Assembly: GCA_030704615.1 (NCBI GenBank) | Contig: CM060732.1 | Location: 52,328,001-52,392,000 of the forward strand | DNA: 64,000 nucleotides | Direction: 5' to 3' | Source of the DNA: Takakia lepidozioides | Lineage: Eukaryota > Plantae > Bryophyta | Shown here: positions 12,663 to 25,390 of the stretch, piece by piece | Layout: each line of letters opens with the position of its first letter | Position numbering within the stretch: the stretch's first letter is position 1 | The notes under the pieces: model-generated | The model's database searches: none | What the model was told of the DNA's origin: nothing | The model's input: only the letters and a program-made list of their open reading frames with translations | Program-made: the position numbers and the translations under genes

Positions 12663-14197
12663 CGAGGGACCCTGTAACTGGCGTTGCCTTGAGGCTAGTA
12701 GTTCGGAAAAAATACGATTTCTAGATGATCAGCTAAAAAGGGACATGCAGCCCGATCAGACCCAACAATTAGCTCGGGTAGTAGATTGGCTTCCACTGGA
12801 AGCAGGGGTTCCTGCATTGCCGACACCGTTTCTTGAAGCAGATGAGCAGTAGATCTCCTACATTGCTGAGCTCTCTACACTCTCTCTTCAGACGAGTCTC
12901 ACAGACTCACAATCATTTGATGCAGAAAGGATGCAGATCAGCACTAATGTTTCTGGGAATGGAACTGTTGTATTGAAGGGATCCAAATCAGTCTCTCTCA
13001 CTCTGGCCGGCACCAAACACCACCTCTCCCCCAGTACTCCAAGAACCGTGATGGCTAGCTGCCAACAAAGGATCAGAATCTGCAAACTGGATCGCAGGGG
13101 GGTGACTAGTAGCCTGCATGGGAAGGTCGCAAGGACATAGAGAGGAAAGTGTGACATCGCAGCGACGAGGCAGAGGTCCAGGCAGCAGCGCGAAAGTGGG
13201 TGGGTGGACCATGGGCTCCACGCACCGCCAGCCTTGCCCCCGCACGGACGTCTCTCCCACCCACCCCCACATTTCCTGTCCATTCCCACCACTATTTCAT
13301 CCACATTCAACGATGAACATTGGACGAAGGTACGACACTATTACCTCCAGGCGGGATGTTCGATGTGGTCATTGTAATCATCCGGCCATGATTGAATGAA
13401 GTCTCCAAGACAAAAAGTACATCCTCTTGTATCGGAGAAATGGATGATATTTGTAAATGTTGATATTGACGGGCCGTTTGTATTCATGATGATATTGAGG
13501 AATAGCAAGACATGATGATGAGCAGCAGTGCCATCGACGTCCTGATTATTTCTCCTGCTACGATTCTGCATTGCTTGGTTGCGCTCCCGCTGGCTGTCTC
13601 CGTCGTCCTCAGCTTTGCCCGCTCTCTCTGTCTCTTTTGGGTTCACCCTCTCTGCATGTGGTTTGTTTGATGCGGGGTTTCATTTTTTTCCCTTTAAAAG
13701 TTCTCGAGGGACACTGTCCCCTCTTTGGAAAAAAAAACAACTGCATGTAATACATGCAAGCCCTGCTTTATAGGTTGTGACGCAATTCCTGATGGTTGAG
13801 TTGAGGCCGTTATGCAGCCTTCCTGTTCTTTCCAATCACTTCATGCAGAAATTGCCCCAAAAGCAGTACCTTCATTTCCTCTTTCTGTGTTCTTTACCTG
13901 CCCTCTTTACTATGAGATCCTTCATTATCTTTTTTTTTTTTTTCGGGGAGCAAGTAGCCCAGTGATTGGGTGTTTGTGCCTTGCCTGTGCATAACGTGGG
14001 TGATCCTGCCTTCAATCCTTCAACATTCGCCTTCAAACCGTCCATTGGCCCCTTGGTGGGCTGTTTGTTGAGCAGTAGGCTCTATGAATTCACTGGATGT
14101 TAAAGAACTTTATATTTATCTGTTTTTTTTCACTTCTTCTTTCATGCCCTCTTTAATATGAGATCCGTGGGCTACTCAACTGTCTGTTCCAGTGTTC

Positions 14198-14746
14198 TAG
14201 TGTTGGTCTGGTGTGTGGGTTTCGCCGGGTATCAACCACTGTTGTTCTGGTATCAGGTTCAGGACATACCAGACTGTTCCTGGTACGAAAAGTATCACAA
14301 AAAATTTATATCAGTCTGGTCTATATAATGGTGGATGTATATTTTCTAGATACTGGTATGAGTATGAGTATCATGACCACCACACCAGCTCGTACGAGAT
14401 ATCAATTCTGGTATCATTCCAAAGCCATCATCTTGAATTACAAGTTTATCACATAGCAAGTATCAAGTGAAAACAAATACTATACAAATAAAGAAGTAAA
14501 TATACATAAATACAAGTATGTAGGCATATATATACATGAATTAGTATAGTATACATACCAGGAGTAAATGAGGAAGAGGGCAGGGGAGTACTGCTATTGT
14601 GGCTGGTATGAAAAAACTGATACCAGCCTGGTCTGGTGTATGACCAAGTATTCTCCCAAATGATACCAGACTGGTCTGGTACCTGATACCAGTGCATATA
14701 CCAGTACTTTATACCAGTCCTTCACCTATATACCAGTGCAACATTG
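14198..14746. mobile_element. Degenerate MITE-like element rich in ATACCAG/CTGGTAT motifs (possibly hAT-derived)
   Basis: Many CTGGTA and TACCAG copies; imperfect termini TAGTGTTGGTCTGGT / ACCAGTGCAACATTG; no clean TSD. Confidence 0.4.
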
Positions 14747-15288
14747 GTATCAACCCGGGATGTATCTCATAACCTAACCTATTGTTCTCTATTCTCGGAA
14801 ACTTTCGCAGTACCCTACCAAAAGGTTCTTGAGTTCCATAACATGCGGCGGTTAGGGTTCTCCTTTCCCGCCCCTACAAGAGCTCGATTCGTCGCTGCAA
14901 ATCTGGTAGGGTATGATGTTGATATGCACATATAGACATTATGGATGCAGGGTTTCAAGGGTTTATGAGTGCCTCTTTTGGCAACTTCGGAGGCTTGCTT
15001 ACATCTGATTTTGAATTTGAATACTAGTACCATATCTGAGTTCATATTTCCAGGTAAGTGGCATTCAGATACCATTCTTCATATCTGGATTGAATTTTTT
15101 CTTAAACCACATATGCATACCAGATTGATACTTGAAATTCATGGGCTGCATTATTGGAAAACCTACCTGCCTTAAAAGAAGGTGGGCACTGCATACCAGG
15201 ACCCTTCTGGTATTTCCAATTCAAAATACCAAACCAACATTGTCTCTTCCATGAAGCCCAATCTCTAGCGGAAGTCTTCCATTATGAG

Positions 15289-15571
15289 CACTGTTTTTAA
15301 ATCTGGCGAAAAATCATCAGATTTCGACCTGAAAAATGGGTGGCTACTTTACGAAGAAATTACGGGAGTAACAATCAGAAAATTCGCCAGAAAATGCCAA
15401 TGGTTAAATATCAGGAGCCAGATTTTTCCTACGTGGACCTGTTAAAATGTGACGCTTGTTATATAGCCTCTTTTCTAACCCTGCCACCTCGTTATTCTCG
15501 CCACATGGGCCCTAGGTAGAATTTACATGTGGCCTTCGTGACAATTTTGGAAAAGTGAAAAGAAAACACTG
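15289..15571. mobile_element. hAT-type MITE
   Basis: Termini CACTGTTTT / AAAACACTG; perfect 8-bp TSD ATTATGAG at 15281-15288 and 15572-15579. Confidence 0.85.
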
Positions 15572-15740
15572 ATTATGAGGATCAGAAATATCAATGAGAG
15601 CAAATAAGAGGAAAATCAAGGTAAAGTTGGAGGAAATACAAGCCATTGTCTTCCTTGGGGAGAGAATCGGCCTGCAATGCCTGGTAGACGTACTCTCACA
15701 TGCATAAACCTATTCATCAAGGGATTTCATTCATTTATAG

Positions 15741-16206
15741 GAGGTTGGGTAGCGCATGCTCCCGCGAGCACGAGCGAATATTAAGGATATTCCTTAGATG
15801 CCTTTCGAATATTCTTCAAAGAAACTAAAATTGAGAAACTAAAAACTTTGCGAAACTTTTTTTAACTGCTCACATACTAGGCCCTCACAGCATCACTTAA
15901 GAAACAAGTAACACCTATACATGATAAACATGTTACCCTATAGGCGTGGGGTTTCCTCACGTTATGCGAACCGAATATCCCATAAAACCCCAAAAAAACA
16001 AAAATCATGGTTTTCAGTCTGGGTATCGGCAGTTTAAGCCCTAAAAAAATTATTTTCACACTGAGAAAATAAATCTGAAGGTACTCATATGCACCATGCC
16101 TATTAACACGTAATTCCTATGACCGCAGTTTGAAAACATTGTACCTCTATGACCGCGGGTTGTGCTCACGCCGTGCTCGTGAGCATGCTCACATGATACC
16201 AACCCC
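15741..16206. mobile_element. Mutator-type non-autonomous element
   Basis: Termini GAGGTTGGGTA / TACCAACCCC with GCATGCTC/GAGCAC subterminal motifs; perfect 9-bp TSD CATTTATAG at 15732-15740 and 16207-16215. Confidence 0.85.
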
Positions 16207-16266
16207 CATTTATAGATATGGATGAGATATTCCCATTACACCTCTCTTGATTTAGTTGGAGACTTA

Positions 16267-16617
16267 GGGCCGCTTTACACTACGGCCCAAGTTCTACCAC
16301 TCTTCGGCTGGTCTTGGGCCAACTTCAACGATCATGATCGCACAAAAATAGTCTATTTTAATACCAAACTTCTTGGGTCCAAGAGCCGAGAGTTGGGTCT
16401 CCATTCTAGGAGAGAGTTGGGTCTCCATTCTAGGAGGGTTCCTTTTTCTTGGTTTGGCCCAAGAACTTATGCCACTAGGTGCCTTGAAGGCAAATGACCT
16501 ACTTCCATTTTCTTGGGCTCCGGCCGTGGTGTAAAGCCGTTGGGCCCAATGTTCAGGCCTCCGCCCTTCAGAATGCTCCATTCTCACTTGGTCTTGGGCC
16601 TAGTGTAAGTGCGGCCC
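16267..16617. mobile_element. PIF/Harbinger (Tourist-like) MITE
   Basis: TIR GGGCCGCTTTACACTACGGCCCAAG / CTTGGGCCTAGTGTAAGTGCGGCCC; TTA TSD on both sides. Confidence 0.85.
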
Positions 16618-16624
16618 TTAGTGG

Positions 16625-18545
16625 CAAGTATGGGTGCTAAGCATCAAAACCCTTTACTTAGTTCTGATTTAGGGAAGGCAGGGCCGATAAAACATGAAAA
16701 TGAAAATCAGGTAGCGACTAGCGACAAAGCAGGCATCAAAGGATCCATGGTCGGGAACAAAGGGCATTGGACCCGTGACCCGCGATTCGCACGCCAAGAG
16801 AAGCTTGTGTTGTGGGGGTGCTCTCTGCATCTGCGCTCTGCCATGTCGCGATCCCTCTTGTTCCTCGCTCGCCTTGCTGCAACATCTCAAGTCCTCGCTC
16901 GCTGTAGTTCCTCGACTATCTCGTCTCTGGATCCACTATGTTATCCACTACCAGCCGCTGCGACATGGGTTTCTGGGATTGTCAGGAATTGTCCATCCCC
17001 GTTGCAAGTGTGGGGAAGTTGGATTCCTGCGCGTGGAATGAGTGACGAGCACACTGCAAAGTGGATGCAGGTACACCATCGAAGTATCTATTTCTTCTCC
17101 TTTTAGACCTCTTCTTTCGTTTGCCTGATGCAGTCTTCAAGCTCAGTATCTGTATGCCCGGAAAAGGCCTGACCACAATCTTTTTCGAAAGGAATTTCAG
17201 TTTCAAGCTCGAGTCTCACGCGTCTTCAGGGATGAGCTGACAGATTGTTGGAGTGGTTGCTTTGAAAGAGCCCGTGCTATTACACCTCGGGTGCTTCTTC
17301 CGCATCCAACGGAAGCACTCATAACCTTGACACTAGGGCATTGTGGAGGGGAATCTCAGGCCATCATCTGGATGTACCCGTTTACCTTTAATGTAGACGT
17401 TGTATAGGACAGAGCCCTGCGCACTATTGACCTCCTCGAACTGCTCATGGGGTCTTCGATCACCAGGAAGAAGCACAGCTTAAAACGCTCACTCCCAGCC
17501 TACAGCAATCGGTTGCATTGGGGATTGTCTGTTACATTAAGGCTTGCATCAAGATCATTAGGAAATGTAGACGTGATTTCAGCAGTACTGCTGAACCCGT
17601 TCCCCTTTTAATGGACACATTGTTTGTATCAATGTCAGGGAAGTTCTTGAGAAAATTACTGCAGAATGTAATCTCTCCTCATATGTGCCACATGTGGCTG
17701 TGATTGCATTGCCAGTGACAATACTACCAAAGACAAAAAATTGTTAACCATAGGCAGAATAAGGAGAGAAAAATTCCTGGTCTATGGACACTTGTTTTTC
17801 CTTAGTAGTCAAGGCCTTGCGAAGCTGATGTACTTTTCCAGGTTATTTTCTGTGTGGACAATCATGTGAGACTATGGTCATGGTATGGGGATGCAGAGCT
17901 CTGACAGAAAGTCACCAATGGAGCTGATTAGTGAAGTACCCCCTATTGAAGTTCATGCTCGCATTGCTGCATGTGAAGGAGGTTTTAAATCTCTTCCTTG
18001 ACTATTTGGCCTTTTGTTTTATCTGTTTGTAAAAAATGATGTCTTGACTCCAGGAGAGTGCACACGCCCTTTCCCTCTCATTTGTTGTCCAATCTGGGCA
18101 GGTAGCAAAAGTATATCGAATGCATTATCTCTGAGGACTGAGTTTGCTTTGCACTTCCCATAAGCATCACCGACCGGCCCGGGGGTGCAGCTTGCCTAAA
18201 CCCTCCGTAATGTCTTTCCTGTGTGGCAGGAAGGGATCCGGCATTGGGTCACCCGGTGGAGTACATATCTCTTGATGATGTAGGCCCATCAGTTTGTAAG
18301 TATTGTGGTCTCAGATATGTGCAAAGGCATGGTCACCATGGTGGCCACCACTAACAAACAAGGGACACCGAGGTCTTTGCATTCCCAGTCGAACCCGTGA
18401 TCGATCTATTGATTTTGGAATTAGTTGTCACGAAGGTTCTGCCAAAAAATTCTCGGATGGTTAGTGCAACTAAAGTGGATCTCTGTTCTTTAGCCAGAGC
18501 TTTTCTAGGATGTTGCAGCCTAGAAGTGGTTACGGAAGCAGTGAC
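16625..18545. repeat. Dispersed ~2 kb direct repeat, copy 2
   Basis: Colinear with 6747-8751; extra ~120 bp near 17125-17245 and lacks ~190 bp corresponding to 8538-8730. Confidence 0.9.
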
Positions 18546-19329
18546 AGGCTGCACCGAGAGACATTGACAAATGTCTTTGGAGACCACTTCCTCTTGGCCT
18601 TAATAACGGTTACACTGCTGACAAGACAATTCAAAAGAGGCTTTTTGCAAGACAAATATTTTGTCTCCTTTGCCTGGGAATTTAGCAAGAAGCATCCCAA
18701 AGTGACCTGTTGCAGGATGCAGGGGGAAAAAGGTGGGTGGGATAATATACAAAGGGGCGGGCATTGTGCACATCTTAGAGGTTTTCCCCACCAACTTTTG
18801 GGCATGCCTGACTAATAAATCTACTTTGGTCAGGTCGGGTCTTCTCCTTTACATTATATGTAGTGCCAATTCTATGGAAGGGTTGGGGTTCTATATCCTC
18901 TATGTATTGATGGTGCTACTGATTTGCAAGGGTAAACCAAGGAATGGACAATGAGGATCCTCCTTCCCTATCACTGGACAGGTCCTATCCTCATCCTGCA
19001 ACTCTCTCGCCCTAGTACACTGTCTTCTAGATACTCTATCGCCACCCACACTCCCTCTCCGGGTTACAAGTCTGGTGGGATTATACAGAGCTCCTATTGT
19101 GTAGTGGTTTTTAACAAGGCTTGTGAAGAGCTCGAGATCAAAAAGGTTGGAATGATCCAATTTTGCTGCTACAATATTTCCCATCAAGTATCCTTAGAAG
19201 ATGTGCTTGCAGAGCTGAAGTCTTTCACTTACTAAGTTCGCTTCTTTAGAATCACTACCGTTCCATGCATGTTGTCCGTGTCACTGGCAACTGGTGCCCA
19301 TCCGAGTTGAAGCGGGCCAACAGATGCTG

Positions 19330-22141
19330 CTACACCATCTCCCCCAGACTTTCAGTAGGTGAAGTGTTATTGCTTATCCACGACTGCTGCACAGAAGTGG
19401 GTGAAGGTGGCCATTGAAGACTGTCTGTCTTCATCAGAGGTCTCGAATCGTCGAAGGAGTGCTTGTCATCCTGTATTTTAATGGGTTGTCCATAACCAAA
19501 GACCTTGATGCGTTTCAGTTCCTCCAAAACTTCTGTCATCGTGGGTCTGTCTTCTTTCTCCGAAGCAAGACATCTAAATGCAAGCTCCGCTACTTGGTTC
19601 ACCATGTCCTTTACTATCGGTTTGCATCCAACCTCTAGGTGCGGGTCGACGATGTCATCCAAAGCTCCAGCTTGTATCTTTGCTACTGCCAGAGAAGCCA
19701 AATTAATCTCCCTCTTCTCTCTTGCCATGTCCACCGCTATTTTCGCTGTAAGAAGTTCCATGAGAACTACTCCAAAGCTGTAAACATCGCTCTTATCTGA
19801 GAGATGATAGCTCTGATGATAGTCCGGATCCAGGTAACCGGGTGTTCCTTGTGGAGCAGTAGAAATGTGTGTCATTTCTGTAGAGGGGACCAGCCTGGAG
19901 AGGCCAAAGTCTGCCACTTTGACTTTGTAGTCTTTGTCCAGAAGAATATTGGTTGTCTTCACATCTCTGTGAAAGATTGGAGGTTCAACACAGTGGAGGT
20001 ATGAGAGAGCTTCAGCTGTTTCAATAGCCACAGTCAATCGAGTTTCCCAGGTCAGGGTTCCTGCAGACTCTCCATGCAGGTGTTGTGCGAGAGAGCCGTT
20101 CGGCACAAATTCATACACCAAAAGAGCGTTGTGGTACTCCATGCAAAATCCAAGCAACTGGACTAGGTTTTCATGACGGACTTTTGAGAGCACTGTAACT
20201 TCATTGTGGAACTGGCGGAAGCCTTGATTACCCCCCTGATTGAGCTTCTTCACGGCTATCAGGAGGCCATCTTCCAGCTTTCCTTTATACACTGTTCCAA
20301 ACCCACCTCCCCCCAACTTCCGGGATTCACTGAAGTCTTTCGTAGCATGCTCTAACTCCTTGTATGAATAGAGATGTGTGCCCCCTGAATCGGTAGATCC
20401 AGTAGTCCAGATGGTTGCAAATGCATTCATGTCATACTGCTCGTTCTGACTACCAGATTTCAATTTCCACCTCCGCCACCGGCACATTGTGATAAGAGCA
20501 ACCAAGGCCACGAGCGCTACGGTACCCGCGACAACCCCTGCACCATGCCATGAAATCCATTGTGGTATTTCTCTTACAAGTAACAGCCTTCTCCACGAGA
20601 ACATTTGCGTATCCTCATGGACAGAAAGCACCTGACATAATTCCTTGAAAATAAACCTTTACCAGGCCGGTACACTCTCAAGAGTTGGACATTGAAAGAA
20701 CTTCCAATCTATGGAGATATACATCTTCAGAGTGGCTCGTTTTAAGGCGAAGCAACGTAGACCCTGATCCTTTGTGGTGATCCTCACATGTGTACTGCAT
20801 TCAGCATCATCTGGTCAACTCGGATCACTCTACCAACTCTATCTAACACTGTGACTCTGTGACATGATCCAAAACGCGGAGACACTCTCACCTGAAATTA
20901 TAGCTGTAGAATTTGAAGACTTATGATCTCGATCTGCAAAAAAGAGCCAACTACCAATTAGTTTCAGGAGAAGATTCCCGGTTCAAGAAACTGACCACAG
21001 ACTCATCCATGCTCCATTAGGGACATAATCAGCATATAACTCCTGCCAATACGAACTCAAATTATTTTCACGAGGTTGTGGCTCAGTCAAGTTCCTTTGA
21101 ACATAGTGTCAGGTCGAACAGTGCTGTATGCTATTTATTCGAGTGCATGACATCGTTTTGCACACAACATAGCTGAAGGGCTGTTGGGCATATGCCTGTT
21201 AGAATTCCTGTCAGTGTTAACTTCTTCATGCCATACAACACTGCACACACGTTGTGATTACTAAGAGTTGTTGAGTCTTGTGTCAAATGGATCGTGTCAA
21301 CTTAAAAGACATTCGAGAAGAGTATCCTATAATTTCATTTGGTCGAGGAAACTATACCTCCGCAGAATCCCTTGGGACTTGTGTTATTACCACAGTAGCA
21401 CAAGAATGAACTCTCAAGCCCTGTAGACTGATATCCACACAGACCACCACTTGTGTTGCAAGTTCGGCAAAGCGAGAGGTCCTGTGGATCCTCCCATCCA
21501 AGCTCGACGCCAGTTTTCCACTTCGAGTAAGATAAGCCGTCCTGATAATCTTGAATACCGGTGTATATCCCGCAGGACTCATTATAATAGGGATTAATAG
21601 AGTTTTCCCCCCTGGTAGGTGTATACATGCAGCAATAATCTGTGGTGTTTAATGCCGATAGGCATTGCAGCCCGTACTCCACACATGCAGTTACTTGAGC
21701 ACCTACACTGACAGACACTGAATCTAGAAGAGAGCAGGATTTTAGACCATCCACCTGTAATGGACAATCAAGTAGTAGCACAGAACTTCCATTAAAGTGA
21801 AAAGGCCCACTAGGGTTGAGATTGAAGGAAGTGCTCTTGTTGCTTGAATGGCAAGTAGACATGAAACTAGCAGAGATAACCAGGGCATTATTCAAGTAGT
21901 CGATTTGCGTCACCGTGTAGCCGTTGGCTGATGATGCTCCGGTGAATTGAAGTCCATCAGCGGTGCAGTGCACAGTGTTCTGGAACTGAGAGGCACCACA
22001 GCCATCCGCTAGTCCAAAAGGGTATTGTACCTTTATGTTTTTACACATATCAGGACACGAAGGTGATCCTGCGATCATTTTGGAAGCAATAGACAGGATC
22101 AACATTGCCATCATGACAGAAGCAGTTGCGTAGTTGCTCAT
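19330..22141 (-). CDS. WAK-like / LRK10L-type receptor-like kinase, exons 22141-21358, 20933-20892, 20537-19330
   Basis: Signal peptide, Cys-rich GUB_WAK-like (CPDMCKNIKVQYPFGLADGCG) and WAK-association-like (CRTCNTSGGLCGY..FLCYC) ectodomain, 42-nt micro-exon, TM helix, RD kinase (GGGGFG, HRDVKTTN, DFGLSR, GTPGYLDPDY). Confidence 0.92.
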
Positions 22142-24339
22142 CTTGTTTGACCGCCTATGGACGCTCCCGACGTTCCCTTTCCTCAGTTGCCAAACTCGAA
22201 GATCGAGGGAGGATATCTAGAAGAAAAGGGATCGACTACGAAACATGGGATGCACAAAGAGCATAACACTTTTACTGGACCTGAGATCAGAGAAGCTGCA
22301 AGCTACCAAACAAAACGCAGTCCAATATTGCGGGGCTGGTGTTCCTGGGCACACACGAGTATGTACGTTGTCGGGGAAGAGGAGAGTGGTGAGTCAGCTT
22401 CAGCGAGATCAGTGAGTGGATCAGGAATTGACCAAATTCCCTTGCACATCCTCTGCAGAGTCGCATGAGGCACACTCCTGGGTGTGTGTGTGTGAGAGAC
22501 AGAGAGAGAGAGTCAGTCAAATCACTGTGCCCATTATTTGACTTCCAAACAAGAAATCGGGAACGAACATGGTTGCCCCCGTAACAAAATGGCATCGGTA
22601 AACTGGCAAGCACAACACGTTGGGAGGGGCGCGCGAGGAAGGGGGCACACGAAAGGCAGCTACATCAGTAGATCTACGACTTTTTGAGAGCAACGCGCTG
22701 GTGACGTCACCCTATCATGCGCACTGCCCTTCTACACTTTTCTCACGCCTCCGTGAGCATAGCAAACTGAAACACCCACGGAGCCCGAGTGAATATCTAC
22801 GATTTTGTTGTTTGCAAAGGGAAGTTGTCGGTACTGGAGTTTGACCGAGGACGAACCGCCCGCGGGACTTGAGCGTAGGGGCGGGTGTGTGGGGACGTCC
22901 TCACCCAGTCCAGCAATTTGCAGGAAGGTAGGAGCCATCCGCAGGAAGGGGGGGGGGATGTGAAGCGGTCAAACTTGTGAATACTAGTTTCTTAGCGACC
23001 ACTTCGAAAGCATCTTTGCAATCCTATCTGCAGTCCACCTAGAAACATTATAATGATCCAGAGATTATGCGAAGTTAAGGGTTTGATATTGTCACTCTGC
23101 GAGCTCACAGACAACGTTGCCGACGTCTGTAGCTCCAGAACATCCTTCGGGTCCTCACGGAGACTGCCCGTCTATAGTTTATAAGTCTAGTACCACCAAA
23201 TCTTCAAGCATGTTTTTCTGCTTCAGCTGTTTCCAGTTCTCGACACTTTGAGAAAGGGGTGGCGCGAGCGAGACTTTCAAAGTTATTCTGAGCTCTAAAG
23301 CCGGAGGACATAACAATGATTTCAGAGAACACAGGTCTCTCTTCAGCTTTATCCGTTATTGCCCCACTGTCTCACCATCGTTCTCGACTCCAACTGAGCC
23401 AGTAGAAGAAAAAGGTGGTATACTGGGTGGGGATCCGTAACATACCTACATTATTAACTTGTTAAGAATTTTCTAGCTACAATATGCACACTCTGACTGT
23501 TCAGCTGCGCCCATCCAAGGACGCGGTCACGAAATGCACCCAGTGCTGGCACTTTCACAGGCCTTCCTGCCGGTCTCTATTCCATAATATCCTCGTCCTC
23601 CACTACTGGACTGGATTTTCAACACGTTCCCTACCCCACCCCAGCGTAGGTGGGATCCGTTAAGGCCCACCTCCATTACAGACAGCATGACACAGTGGGC
23701 CCTCCCAGACATGGGTGTTGGGCGATACAATCACCATCGAATTGCTCAAGCTCTAGACGCCACCATTCCACCAACCTGGGCCCTGCCTACCAGCTCCAGC
23801 GACAAGCCGTACGTGGTGGCACCTTTGACATGCCGCCATTAGAGATTGACTGTCTGACAGGTAGGATACCTGCAAATGTGCTGGGATTTCTTAAGATGAC
23901 TGCGGTGAAGCGATGTTGGTTAACCTTTCTAACTCCCACTGTGGACCTCTGCGACATGATCCCTCAGCCTCTCCTCTACCCCCCACTCCTCCAATGCTTG
24001 GCTCCTTGTACCTCAGTGTCCGCATACAGGATTGCACCCAAACCTTTTGTTTCTAGACCATTCATGCAATAGAGTTGAAGGGAGCCCAGCCTTACTGCTC
24101 TACTGATTTTTTCCTCTTTCTATGACACTGATCACTCTAGTACTGATGTCCCCAAGTTTATGGACCAAGAAATGAACCTTGAAAAACAATCAATTCGGAT
24201 ACCAGGGGAAATATAGTTATAGTTATACTTTTTTACAGATTGTGTTGTTTTATCATTAGTTAAAAATCTTAAGAAAAAATATTTTTCCAGATAGGCCCTC
24301 CAATGCCTGAAAGAGTTACACATATCAAAGTTTTGAAAA

Positions 24340-24901
24340 TTGTCAACTTTGTTTTTCCAACATTCACAATCAGAAAGTTGTCTTCTGCATACTGTTAGCA
24401 AAGAAAATATTGACAAAGCCTTGCAGGCAATGCACACCTTTTGTCTCACATCTGGCCTCAAGGTGAATTGGAGAAAATCTGTGGGAATCTTATCTATCTT
24501 GCAAAATGGCTATGCAAGCTTGACTTGGCTCCAAGAAAGGGAATCCCACACTATACTAGGTCACCAAATGGGCCTTAATCTGTCCCAGAACTGTACCATG
24601 AGGGCAGTCATCTCCAAGCTCAAGAGGAGGCTTGCATTCTGGTACTCAATTATGCTCTCCATCGCAGGAAGGGCCCTGGTGGCCAATCAGGTGTTAGAGG
24701 GTGCCATCGGGTTTCATGCGGCAGTCTGGGATCCAGACAAAAACCTGGTCAAAGAAATGAAGGCTCCCATTAGGAATTTCCTATGGGGGGCCACGCCAGA
24801 AGCACCCGTAAGGAGGGCTCTGGTCTCTTGGGACCAACTTTGTCAAAAAAAGAGCAAGGGGGAATTAGGAATCATTGATCTAGGCAAGCAAATTAAGGCC
24901 T
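24340..24901 (+). mobile_element. L1-type LINE ORF2 fragment (post-RT region), interrupted by the Gypsy element
   Basis: SGLKVNWRKS..LSIAGRALVANQVL..IRNFLWG..VSWDQLCQKKSKGELGIIDL is typical plant L1 ORF2. Confidence 0.75.
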
Positions 24902-24986
24902 TGTCGTGCGCATACATATCGCTACACAACTACATCGTTGTCCAAACCATACCATGCATATATGCACAATAAAGTAGTCTGCCACA
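24902..24986 (-). repeat. Putative 3' LTR (only 85 bp, TG...CA)
   Basis: Begins TGTGGC immediately after the PPT and ends GACA at the junction with the L1 fragment; no 5' LTR available to confirm. Confidence 0.45.
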
Positions 24987-25246
24987 ATCGCCCCCCTAGT
25001 TGGTGGATAGGTCCCTCTAACTCCAGATAGCTACAAGATGTAATAGCCACAGCCGTACTAAGTCCTCTATCACTGTCCCTATTGTACTCAAACTCTATAG
25101 ACCAAGAGGCCGGGTACAAGAGTAGCCCCATCATTAGTCGTCGTCTTGCAATCTGTGAACTTCAGTCAGGATCTCGTGTGTTCAAGGTCTCATAGTAGCT
25201 TGGTCTTGCGTTTCTTGTTAGCCTTCCATGGTTGTATCCACTCCCA

Positions 25247-25390
25247 CTATCCAATGCAATGTGGACATAACCAATCCCCATCCGGAACCATCTCAAGAGG
25301 TGGAGTCAAGCATCCCATATGCCAACCTCTAGAGCATCGATCACACACCAGCATGGTGGCTGCCCCTCTAGCAGACCCACACAACATGCA
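25247..25390 (-). CDS. PHD finger at the integrase C-terminus
   Basis: CMLC-x11-CDRC-x4-H-x2-C-LTPPLEMVPDGDWL-CPHC: intact C4HC3. Confidence 0.92.
   Translation of the reverse strand, partial: CMLCGSARGAATMLVCDRCSRGWHMGCLTPPLEMVPDGDWLCPHCIG

Noticed and set aside
23400-24100. Possible additional LINE or gene fragment
   Set aside because: No recognisable motif in any frame.
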